Assembly (NCBI RefSeq): GCF_000150275.1
Contig: NW_002060943.1
Location: 2,508,462-2,572,461, forward strand
DNA: 64,000 nt
Source: Trichoplax adhaerens
Taxonomy: Eukaryota > Animalia > Placozoa
Direction of reading: 5' to 3'
The notes beneath the pieces are model-generated. The model was not told the origin of the DNA. It ran no database searches and worked only from the letters and a program-made list of their open reading frames with translations. Made by a program: the position numbers and the translations under genes. This document shows, piece by piece, positions 24,921 to 36,780 of this stretch. Position 1 is the first letter of the stretch; each line of letters starts with the position of its first letter.

Positions 24921-27900
24921 AGAAGGAATTGCAATCAAAATCTCTGTAACATGGCGTAAAATGGTAATAATAATTTAATCAGTGTTCATATTATTGCTGA
25001 AAACAATCATAGGTATGGAGACTTGAATCAATAAAGCAAAATTATGATTGCCGTAAAAGACCGTTGTAAATATAATTGAAAATGGACCTTTAGTAAAGAC
25101 GAATTACTGTCTTTGTAAGTTTCAGGAGTACCATTTTAGTGGCGATATAGTTTTACATTTTACATTAAGTAATACTGCCCATTGCACAATACCATACATT
25201 TAAACAAGCAGCACTCTAAAAAATTGAGCAGCCGTGACTGAATTTTGAACAATCTCTACCTTTCATTATTACTGATTGCGACATTGTTCAACTGTCAAGT
25301 CTCGGTCTACGCTTTACCCATTGACCTTTTTTTTATTTCAAGCCACAACATTATAAGCAGTATCAAATGGTGATTGAAAAGATTGATAAGTCTGATAACT
25401 ATCTTTTTGTGAAGAGGAATATACACTATTAATAATTTAGCTCATATTGTTGAGTATGACCTTTCATTTTGATCAGGGTAGGATTGATGTAACGTAATTC
25501 AATATTTGAAATTGTAGACTATTGGGCCGTGTTTAACATGATGTGCAGTATATTTATCTTAAGATATATTTAGTAGCTCTTAACCATAGGCTGTGGTGGA
25601 AGATTCTATGCTGCAGTACAGAGGATGATATACCGTAGGGTATCGAGATACTGCGAAGGTTAGAGGTAAAAAATAGAACTGTAAACTTATACAGTATAAG
25701 ATACGGTTAGTTCATGGTACTCTGACTGGTATAAATAATGTCTACGTGAATACTGTGGTAGTTTCTATATTGGATTAATGATGGTCTCTGTAAAATGTTG
25801 TTACTAATAATAATCTAAATATACTGTATGTAAAACATGGTAGAATGCTACTATACTGATGGTAGCTGCGAATGCCATGAAAAGTAGATTATAGGCTGGC
25901 AACTTAGGTTATCCTAGTCGTTCTTTCCAGAAGTGTTTCGTAGTTATATTCGGCTGGAGTAGAGTGTGCATAGAGCATTATCTTTGTTTTTAATTTTCTA
26001 TCAATTTTGGATTTTCGTCATCGGTTATATCACACATGGCGTAGGTGGCCTCAAGAGGTCACATTGGCCCGCAGAATTTCAGGATAGATAGTAAAGACTT
26101 TGAAATAAATGGGTAAAATTAAAATTTCAAGGAAGGCATTCCTATTTGCTATAACTGATTGACGTCAGTAAGCTCAACCACGGCTGTGGCTGGGTTCTGT
26201 GCTCATAGCGTTCAGAAAAAAGAGTTTTTTCTTTAACTGTCTGACTGTACTGTAAGTACACTGTCCAGCAGATCTCTGCGGTAGGAAGTAGCTATTATGT
26301 TGTATGAGGGAATTGCTGCAAGTTCTATTTTTGTATTTTCACCGTGATTTTACCATCGAAAATGATAAAAGTATACATGGCACAGTGGGTGCCAACCTTG
26401 TCAAAATATCGTTTAGCAAAGTTGGTGAACATCAAGAATTTGATATGAATTTGCTGTTTTTGTGTTTGCACAACTTGTGAAGTAGCCACCATTTTAAGAA
26501 TTAACCGTGTGAGTGTACGTCCAAATGTTCATGAAACATTGTTAGAATGATTTATGCTTGTACTGAAATTTAAGCCTCCATGCAAAATTCAATTTTAATT
26601 ACCATGGCCTTGACTGAATTTAGCTCCGAGTACAGAAGGGGTAAGAAAAAAAAGAAATTTTCAATCCTGTACCTCTATGGCGACTGATCTCAGTAATGCC
26701 TTCGATTTCCTTTTAACTACTTGTACTGTACTGTATACTATAGAGTGTAAATCGGCCACGGTAAAGCGTAGTCAACGACTACTATTTCTACTGGTCCACG
26801 ATACAGAACAGTCATGGTAGGCGACTCTTCACTCTAACCCTCAATTCAACTCTTCTCTTTTTCAAAATAATTTGTTTCACAGTCTGTTTTAAGGAACTTC
26901 TAGAAAAGCAAAGCGAAAACAAAATTTTCCAGTACCCAAGTCCATGACCTATAGTAATGTAGCCTTAAAGTCCACATTCAATCAATTTTCGGTATTGCCG
27001 TAATATTGGCTTCTACAAGTCATGCGTACTGCCCTATACTGGACGGTGGTGAACAGCAATCACTAAAATTGAAAGCGAGTACTTAACATTGACATGATTT
27101 AACAGCAGGTCTTTACTAGTGCTCAATTGATTACTTTTACCCTTTCAACAACAGCAACTGTGGCAGGAGAAAAACATAATGTGAGTTATTTTATTACGTT
27201 AGAAGTTATGATAAAGAATGGAATGGTTAATGATGATATTTTATCTTTCTACTGTCATCTTGTATCGTATTTATTTAATATGATGGATGCCATACCAGTG
27301 GAGTTGAGCGTATTGCAATTATTGTGTTGACTTGTTAATTCAAAACGTTGCTGCCTGTAAGCATAATCCAATCTTTTCGTACTTTTAGTTGCCAATCGTA
27401 GTGACGACAACCGATATAATATCGAATTCAATAAAACACTTTGCAATTTCAAGCCTTAATAGGCCAGGCCTACTTGCTAATGTACGGCATGTGAGTTGGA
27501 GTAGTTGATCGAGAATTGCCACCGGCTCCAATAGCGAGCCACATGCAGTAATTGCACCATACTTTGCCCATACGGCTTAGTAGAACAACGGCAACACCTG
27601 ATAGGACCACGATGACATGAAATTAATTGCTAGTTATTCTTGACTAGACTTGCTGAAAATGATTTAGTGCTACAGAGTTGTCGTATTAACCTATGCGTAA
27701 AATACTTTGAGATGTGTACTTACTTATTGGCTATTTGATGCTTTGCTACCAAAATCGGTGTTCTAAAAGTAAGAAGGTACCATACACTCGCATAGCGATT
27801 ACTGCACTTAGACTCTACTTTGCCTAACCTTATTGATTGGATTGGTCACGTTTTGCAGGATGATATACACAACTTATTTTGCCTGATAAAATCAGAATAT

Positions 27901-29216
27901 TTTTCAACTATATCGTTTTATGATGTATTCTACCCTTTATTCTTTAGTATTAGATTAAAAAAACAGTACGTTGTATATCCGTTTGTTTCGGAATAAATAA
28001 TTGAATAAATTAATGCTCTGTTCTATACTGTAGTTTTCTGAACATCTATCATTATCGACATACTTCAAAAGTCGATATTATTATTTTACAGTTAGTATTC
28101 TCATTGCGTTATTATCATTAGCAGGTGCTGGTAGGTAAAAAGTGAAACAAGGTAGAGATAGTGCTTTAAACTGCTAGAGAAATCACTTGCTGATCTTGAT
28201 TGCTAAATACTTTAGGCGAAAAAATAAAATGCTACGCGATTAGATTGTTTTCAATGAAACTTTCAACGTGACAGATTCATTTTCCTATAGAAAGTAAATA
28301 AAATCTCCATCATGGCTACGTATTATCGTGCTCAATATGCTCCACAACAATACAGTACGATGACTACCATATTAGCTGCATTGCTGTTTGTACCTCTAAA
28401 ATTTCCCTTTCTGCGATTTTGCGGAATTGGAATATTGACGTAATCTAACATGCTGTATATCCTCAGTCGTTTACACGCGCTAGCCTGAAAGCGGCTACAT
28501 GCAACGGCAAGGGTAGAGTTGATAAGTTGATCATTCTTTGTGTATGTCTTTTCAAATATTTCGTCTGTATTCTTTAGTTGATCCTTTATTAAGTGCACAA
28601 TATGTATTGTGATAGCGACCCATATTCACTGTTCCATCTGCGATAATTTATACAGTTAAAGCAATGAAATGCCAATTTAGAGTTTGATATTTTATTTACT
28701 GTCTTTCTACTGGCGATGAAAATGCTTGAAAAGAGCAACTGTAAAGTCAGTGGGTATACGTAGCTTATGAAGGTACTGCTGAACGATGCTATAACCAAAA
28801 ATGATGAAATAGCGATGCTATGAACTTTTATTGTAACAAAGTCGATTAACGAGAGATTAGCAAAGATACGGGATTATATAATAATTATCGTTTATTACCG
28901 TTCGCGTGTTCGCATAAATAGTAACAGATACTTACCTCCATGATTTTATTCTTCGATAAAAAATTTATATGCTCTGTCGGTTAAAAATACACGTATTTCA
29001 AAACCATTAGATACGTAACGACACAAATTTTCACGTTCGAGCTGAAAAAATCATTATAACGTACATAATCTGATCTTTACTAAATGTTTAAGGTTACTCT
29101 CCGTCATGTTACGTTTGTTAGATTAGACTTCTGTTCAGTTCTCTTTCATTCATTGCGCGTTATCATGTTTACTCATACGAAAGCGCTTACTGTATACTTT
29201 TTTTTTGCATATTCAG

Positions 29217-31315
29217 GTCACAAGGCGGATATAGTTCTGATAATATCCAGAAACTCCATGAAGATGTTCATGAGGTAGGGTAGCAAACGTCTGTATACAT
29301 TTGCAAAGTCTTTCATGAAAAAATTTAGTAACAGCGCTTTATGTGTGTAAGTACTATAAAAAAAACGGCTTCATTGTCCAAGTTAGACTATAAAGCTTGA
29401 ACATTTTTGTAATCGATGCATTACATGCAACTACATGCTACGATTACAACTGTTTAGAATAATTTCCAGATTTACATTCGATATAAAGCACAAAGTTATG
29501 CAAATTAAAGTATTTAAAGTGAGTTTGCATTACTAACGATATCATTCAAACTTATAAGTATGTACGTCAGGTACATGTACGGTACAGCATAACAGTAGAT
29601 TTTTAATTGGGATCATATCTTGATTTGGATAATCTTTTAGAAATAATTTATACAGAGTATTATCTCTTGTTAAAACTTACCTTGTGCACTGCATGGCGTA
29701 TATACGTTTGCATTTGTGTCCTGACCGTAATGTCATAACCGAAAGAATTTCTAAAGATTTACGACATTGAATTTTTAATTTTATGATTGTGGCTATCTAC
29801 ATTTTCTACTTTATGGCATTGCAGAAGGTTTAACTGAAAAATAAGCAGTTATGCATTTTACTATATTTACGATCATGTTCCTATAATTATAGGTAACTGG
29901 TTTGTTAAAAAAAAATGTCGACAGTGCCATTCAACGAGGACAGCAACTGGATGATATCGAAGATAGGGCTGGTAAGGTTACTGCCAAAGTTTAGAAAATT
30001 TTTATAAAACTAATTCTAAAGATTTCAGAGCGTAATCGTCCGCCCACAATTTCGTACTTACAACAGAGTTATGTGTTCAATTTGTAAAAATTTCCTAACT
30101 TAATCAGATATACGATTACATAAACATTTGTAAGGATACTCATGAAGTTTATGATAGAGAAACCGCGCTACATTTAATAATTTTTAGAGTTGTATCATTT
30201 TTATCATACCTAAGGATTCATGTTTTTCCAAACCGAGCGTGTTTAAAATATAACATAATTGTTTGCAGTTTTGATGTCGATTTAGTATTCGATTATATTC
30301 GTTTGAGTATCAATTTCGAACGTCTGCTGTCACAGTGTAGCTTGTAAACTCTTAAAGGAAGGTATAGTATTTAAGAAATTGCTTTTATCAATTTTTTTCT
30401 ACTGTAATGTACAGTACAACACTTACGATGTACAGATATATTGCACAAAGTTTGTATTTGAAAGCAGAGCAAATGAAAATTGGGCACGACCATACCTAAC
30501 AGTGTAGCTAATTTATAGAGCAAGAGTGCAAAGTTTTAGATATTGCAAACTACGCTAATAACTTTGATGGAGCATTTTATTATTCCTTTGGGAATAGTCA
30601 AGTAGAATTATACAGTTACGGTTTTCTATTTGAGATACAGTTTTTGTATGTAGAGTATTTTTAAATCTAACCAAATCACATCGCTTTAGAAATTTTTCGA
30701 AATGATTGATTCTTATCAATAACAATAAATCTTATATAGAGCAATTAAATCAGTCTTCGAGGGAGTTTAGCGATAAAGCTGTACGATTGAAGCGTAAATT
30801 GTGGTGGCAAAACACTAAGGTATTAGATTTCTCATGGTAACATGAAATGCAACTTTGTGTCCTTATTTTATCCACTAGGGTGATATTACCAATACTGTAT
30901 GCAATAAGTCACGAATTCGACAATAGTAGTCCACAAATCAATAGCTTTAATAGTGATATTCAGTGATACCAGTACATCATATATTAAAATCATACTCGTA
31001 GAAAGATATTGTTAATCGATAATATTTAAATCGCATTTGCAATTATTCGTTCACTTCGAAGTGTACTTTGTGTGCTAATTCGGTTTCATTATATGTGACT
31101 CTATTACTAACCTTTCGCAAGATGATGATTATCATTGGCATAATCGTTGTTGTCATTTTAACTATAATTATTGGTAAGTTAATACAAAACAAGTACTTAT
31201 CTGTATGTCTGACTTTGTACTTCTGTACTAATTCGGACAGTGTGTAGACTTGAAGTTATGTGAAAGTTCTTATATATTTTTCGTAGTTTTGGCGACTCAA
31301 CCATGGAAGAAGTAA
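29217..31315 (+). CDS. VAMP: Synaptobrevin/VAMP-family R-SNARE (brevin type, about 99 aa); exons 29217-29274, 29893-29971, 30740-30819, 31122-31173, 31287-31315 plus an upstream start exon
   Basis: Spliced product SQGGYSSDNIQKLHEDVHEVTGLLKKNVDSAIQRGQQLDDIEDRAEQLNQSSREFSDKAVRLKRKLWWQNTKMMIIIGIIVVVILTIIIVLATQPWKK*, with 0-layer Arg, juxtamembrane KRKLWW and C-terminal TM. All junctions are GT-AG and in phase. The first listed exon begins in phase 2. Confidence 0.9.
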
Positions 31316-32597
31316 TGCTACTGGTTTATGTATCTGCGGTTTTCATGATGATAGATAGAATCTCGTAAGCCAGACCTCTGTTTTGTACTGTATAACAATT
31401 TATGTACTGAATATTCAATGTAGCCAGGTAGTTAGAGGAAAATGATGCAAGCTAAAGCTTTAAATAGCGTCGTCGTCAGGAACTTTTGCTGACTTAAAGT
31501 TGTATATCCGCTTAAAGCTTTATGTCAACGTTGTTATATTACTACAAATAGGCTGTGATGCGGTCATTTATAAATTAAACAATTGCAATATTCAATATAT
31601 ATTAAAATGTATGATTAAGTGCTATTGCAATTGAATTGATGAGACCTGCGAAATTTGCAGATTGAATTGATAATGCCAATTCAACAATTAGGAGGTAGAT
31701 CACCGAACGTTGAGAACAATGTAGCTACAAAAAATTTCAATATCTATCACGGTGTTTATGAGTTGATATTTATTACCGGTAAAGTTGTGAATGTTTGCTT
31801 GAATATTTATATTGCTAATTATTGTGTAATTATTGAAGTTTGAAGAATTCGCCTTCTTGTACTGTTTGAATTTTAAAAATGAAGAATAAATTTTTATGCA
31901 GTACCATAAGAGTCCAAGGTTATAGCGGCATGGTATGCGTTGATAGTTATGCAACAGCGTATACTGAGTTGACGTCCTATTGGAAGTCATGTAGACTTTC
32001 AGATTGTGCAGATCATGGAGGAGTCTGCGTTTAATTTTATCATGCTATCAGCATTTAACTAAGCATACACTCATGCATACGAGTTAAATAAGTGGATGGT
32101 TGCTGCCAATCACGATATGGATACTGCATTATACCCCAACTATCGTCATAACGGCTTGGTTGTCCTGGATAATAAATGAGATCTACCGTAGTATTGCACG
32201 GAAGAACGAGTATGCTGATACTGGCTACAACAGTATTACACAGGTGATAGACAAAATTAAAACTGCAATGAGAAGTGCAATCAAGAGATCGATTAAATCA
32301 GAAAATAGATACTTGACTATCGTGAAAAGATGTAGTATTTTAAATTTATTAATATAGTGAGGCATGTGCTGAATATTCACAACATCCAAAGTCTGTGTGA
32401 TAGACTGATTTACAATACTCTCTAACAGTATACTATAGTATACCGTTGAGCATGGGATAAATTGAAAATCGTTTGCAATACTAAGATACACGTATATCCA
32501 TATATATACAAAATAAAACTCGTAATTTAAAATAGAATCCACGAACGGACCACTTGCAAGTTTTTAATTAGATTTAAAAAATCTATTAGCTGTAGCC

Positions 32598-33807
32598 TTA
32601 ATCTGATTCATCACTCCAAATTTCTTTTTCATCCGAACTATCATTTCCATCAAACTGATTCATTTTCGTCATGCTATACATTAAGTCATCGTCCAAAACA
32701 GTCCACCTATTTTTTGAGCTTGGTATGTCACTTTTAGTAGCATTAGCAGAAGGATCTTCTGCAGAACCACTTTCATGTTTATTTGCTGGTTCCTTAAGCA
32801 TATCAAGAAATTCGCCTTTGGATAACGAAGATCGAACTGAAAAAGAAATTAAAAAGGATCTACAATGTAGTTGGACATTGCTACGGATACAGAAATCAAT
32901 TGTATTAATATCACTTTCTCCATAACTTACCTTTATCCTTCTTCGATTCCAAAGAGCCTGTGCTTGCCAGATTTTTCTCTATTATCTTTTGCTGTTTCCG
33001 TACTGCATTAAACAATTGCACGACTGCACATGCCATGGACATCGGCATAATTAAATTTAAATTATTAGTTCAGCATAGCGGTTGCCCGTATAAATAAAAT
33101 GCACAAACAGTATGAAAAAAAAGTACTAGCAATACGTATACGAATATACAGCATATACAGTACAATAACATCAAACAATTGATTGCAGTAAATTCTTAGC
33201 CAACCTCCTTTAGTTGCAATTTTCATAAGAGATCTTTCATGTACGGGAGATGCATCTGCTGGAAGCTCATGCCCTAATAATTCAGCATTCTTCTTCTGAA
33301 TTTTTCTCTGCAACATTAGACAAATTCAATAATATCATTAAATGTCGAGAAATTCAATAATGAGTTGCAAATTTATTGGATACAGCAATACATATTCAAT
33401 TATACTTATAGGTTCAAAATTGCAAGTGAATTTACACTATAGGAGAGGTAAAGTATGATTTCCTACCATCTTGGAAGCAGTGATTTCGTTTCTTTCAAGT
33501 TCTTTCATTTTCCTCTTCTTAACGGAAGAATATTTTGCCAAGATTGGAGTCTAGTAAATAATACACCATACCGAAAATTATCTCCTAGTTCCTTCACTGA
33601 ACATATTTAGAATTGAGTTAATAGTATAAAATTGGTTATTCAACTACAGTATATAAGATTAGACAGCCGAACCTTTCTCAGGTCTAAAATATAACTGTCA
33701 TTCGATAATACAATCTATGAATCGACAAGCATAATTGGTGTGTACAGTACAGACCTTTCCAGCAGGAATTTTTTGAAGTAAAATTTTCGCCATAGCGTCA
33801 GCCAACC
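32598..33807 (-). CDS. RRP15: RRP15-like ribosome biogenesis protein; exons 33807-33755, 33550-33467, 33307-33205, 33023-32931, 32836-32598; 5' exon(s) unresolved
   Basis: Spliced motifs GLADAMAKIL, TPILAK, ERSLMKIATKGVVQLFNAVRKQQ, SKGEFLDML and WTVLDDDLM..KMNQFD match Rrp15 family motifs. Intron phases are consistent. Confidence 0.9.
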
Positions 33808-33904
33808 CTAAAGTTTAATAATTAACGCTTAGTTCTAGTTTAGTACAAATCACGAGATAGTGATCAGCAATAAAGTTAAAACACCGTACTATTAATTCAC
33901 TACA

Positions 33905-34161
33905 CAGTCTATATACAATTGATAATGAAATGCACTATGATTTGTACATAGGATTATCAATCAACAAAACAGCGGTCTGGATGAAACTTTCAACCTATCC
34001 TTGGATAATTATGAATTTAACAGTCTATAATTTTAGACCTGACTCTAGTCTCTATACCATTGATAATGGATGCACTATGATTTGTACAGAGAATTATCAA
34101 TCAACAAAATAGGGGTCTGGATGAAACTTTCAACCTATCCATGATAATTATGAATTTAACA
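33905..34161. repeat. Tandem duplication, period about 142 bp, 2 copies
   Basis: ttgataatg.atgcactatgatttgtaca...ggtctggatgaaactttcaacctatcc...ataattatgaatttaaca occurs at about 33918 and about 34060. Confidence 0.85.
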
Positions 34162-35342
34162 TTATGCCGATCTTTCGTAAAGTACCGTTGTACAATACTC
34201 GTCAATAGTAAATCAATCATGTTTGAAAACATTATAGCGAAGTCAGCCAAGCAACGTAAACTTTATGTACACAATTCTAACATTGGTTGTATTATACAGC
34301 ATTGTACAGCTTACAGGCTCGTATAGCCAGCAATGTGGCATAGTACTAATTCATGCCCAGCCATTGATGCAATGAATCGAGCACTAAGATTTCAAAACTG
34401 CAGGATTCTACAACATCTATTGGTTTGAGTATATAGTAACGCTGATGTATTGAAGTAAAGTCCTAGCTGGCATCCAATTGAAAGACGTTCATAACGATAC
34501 CTGGGTGCATTATTTCCAATTCAAATTATTACCATTATTGTCATCATGCTAGATCGAGTGAGTAGAGCTGACTACATGAACTTGATTGAGCGGTCTCTCG
34601 TGCAGTTAATGCCAACAATAACGTCGTCTGCATGTGATAGTAGTGTAACTAGTAAAGTGGAATGTACCTTAACATGCATGCATGCTTTCTTTCATTTCCA
34701 GCAGTTCTAATTTACTTGTATTGGTGAACATTATCAATTGGTTAAAATAGTATGAAAGATGAGAACTTCCAACATGGAGCTTGGAAGATGTCTATTTCAT
34801 GGCACACCCTCGTGCAGTAGGAATACAATATTGAAGGCTGCGTTTGAATGAACACTGCTGTACTCTATGCAACATATTATAAACTGTCTACTGTCGTGAT
34901 CGATCAGGACATCATTCCTGTCATGAAGTTGATTCAAAATGCTTTGCTTGAAGGCACATGAGACCTACCTGCGCTGCCTAAGTTCTCCATCGTTGCACAT
35001 CAACAATGAATCGCTGTACTCCAACTATATCCACGTCTATCTATCTGCTTCTGGATCTTTCAATTTGCAGTCGATCAATTTTTCACAGCTTGTGCAGTTC
35101 TACAACGATGAAAAAGTCCGACTTTTTGCTGATTTTGAATGATAGAATAGTGTATAATGTCGCGTTTGGAATAGAACAGTACAGCGTACAGTACTACCGA
35201 GTGCAGTCGATGTCTTATAGTGTACCAAGGGTTTTGTTGGTACTTTATATACAGTACATTCATTTACTTACTCGTACATGAAACACAGCATAGTGTACAG
35301 ACTACAGACATAGACTAGCACATGTCTGTTGTTGTCGATGAT

Positions 35343-35753
35343 TGGTCCCCATTTACACCAATACTAACACTGTATTAAGACTGTCCGATCTCGTCTACAG
35401 CTTCTTCTAGTACACTGTAATCCATGAGGACGCGTTATTATCACACATCGACATCAGTATCACAGCTAATCATAGCCATGGACTACTACATCTACTTGCC
35501 ATCGCCCAAGATTTTTGAATTCTTCTATCGCCATTTTGCATTTATGATGGTTCCCATTTACACCAATACTACACTGTATTGAGACTGTCCGATCTCGTCT
35601 ATCGCTTCTTCTAGTACACTGTAATCCATGAGGACGCGTTATTATCACACATCGACATCAGTATCACAGCTAATCATAGCCATGGACTACTATATCTACT
35701 TGCCATCGCTCATGATTTTTGAATTCTTCTATCGCCATTTTGCATTCATGATG
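35343..35753. repeat. Near-identical tandem duplication, period 204 bp, 2 copies
   Basis: ccatgaggacgcgttattatcacacatcgacatcagtatcacagctaatcatagccatggactac occurs at 35422 and 35626, with matching flanks. Confidence 0.9.
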
Positions 35754-35969
35754 ACCTTATCCGGTCATAGTAGTATGACTAGTGTCCCGACTTGTAGTCA
35801 TAGCAACCAATCGGATTTCTGATGAGCAAGTTGAGCACCATGCCGGCTGATCATGTCCACTATTATTCGTACATGCTATTTTTACCGTCTCCGTCGGAGC
35901 CTTCTGGGCCACCGTCCACTATTGTACAGTGTACAGCACAGTAAAGTAGAGTAGAGACCCTTGGAGAAT

Positions 35970-36170
35970 CGCTACACTACCTAGGGCAATTAGTGTGGAC
36001 AAAATGACGACAAACGAATAGTGTGGGTTCCTAATTTAGTGTTACCCACATTCAATATGGTATTACCCAAAATGTGCTAACGACCCACACTAAATAGGAT
36101 AATACCAAAAATGTGCTAACTACCCACCCACACTAATTAGTGTGGCCCATTTGCCGTGGCCAGTGTAGTG
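35970..36170. mobile_element. Putative MITE-like element with imperfect CACTAC-type termini and internal repeats
   Basis: Left end cgctacact...ggcaa; right end reverse-complements to cactacact...ggcaa. Internal repeat aaaatgtgctaac.accca occurs twice, and a perfect 18-bp palindrome ccacactaattagtgtgg lies at 36128-36145. No clear TSD. Confidence 0.35.
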
Positions 36171-36199
36171 AGCACACCTGTAAAGTGTAGTACAATGGG

Positions 36200-36780
36200 A
36201 TTCTTAACGCATGTGCATTGTGTATTGTGCTACAGTATACAGTGCTGTATTACAGTACTGTATACTGTGCAGTGTGCACTGTACAGTACAGTACTGTACA
36301 CCATTACAAACCCAATTGTCACCCCCTGAGAGTACAGTATGTAATGTACTGTACACTGTACAGTACTGTACTGTCTGTACGTACTTACCGTCTGTACGTA
36401 CTGTACCACAAAAGAGAAAAAAAGAAAAAATAATGACCGCTCTGTTTTGTGCCGTATCATACAATATCTCATACTACGGTTCAGGTTTGATTGATATCAA
36501 AGCGGTTCAGGTTCTTCTATAGATCGCAACGGTCTGAACCGAACCCAACCGTTCTCAGGTCTACGGCATTATCTTTGTGCCGTATCATACTGCACAGTGT
36601 ACAGTGTACAGTACAAAGCGGTCCAAGAAAGAAGCCAAAAGGCCTTTCACAACTGTCCGGCCTACAGTACTCTCTACAGTACAGTACTGTACTATACACA
36701 TGGTCGAGAAAGGGGCACAGTACTCGTACTGTACCAGGTGTGCTGATGAAAGGACTACAGCAATGTACTGTACGTCAATG
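36200..36780. repeat. (TACAG/CTGTA)n-rich low-complexity region
   Basis: Dense mixed-orientation tacag/ctgta pentamers. These explain the overlapping spurious VQYCT/YSTV ORFs on both strands. Confidence 0.8.

Noticed and set aside
26020-27060. Higher-GC segment resembling a DNA transposon
   Set aside because: No terminal inverted repeats, TSD or transposase motifs could be found by eye.
27480-28941. Possible small minus-strand gene beginning ATG GAG|gtaag at 28941, including ORFs 28589-28798 and 28332-28598 and an in-frame TGA (selenoprotein idea)
   Set aside because: No phase-consistent exon chain or recognisable domain could be built, and no SECIS or redox motif was evident.
31655-32542. 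Short ORFs between the convergent VAMP and RRP15 genes
   Set aside because: They lie in the expected 3'UTR and intergenic space, with no motifs or splice support.
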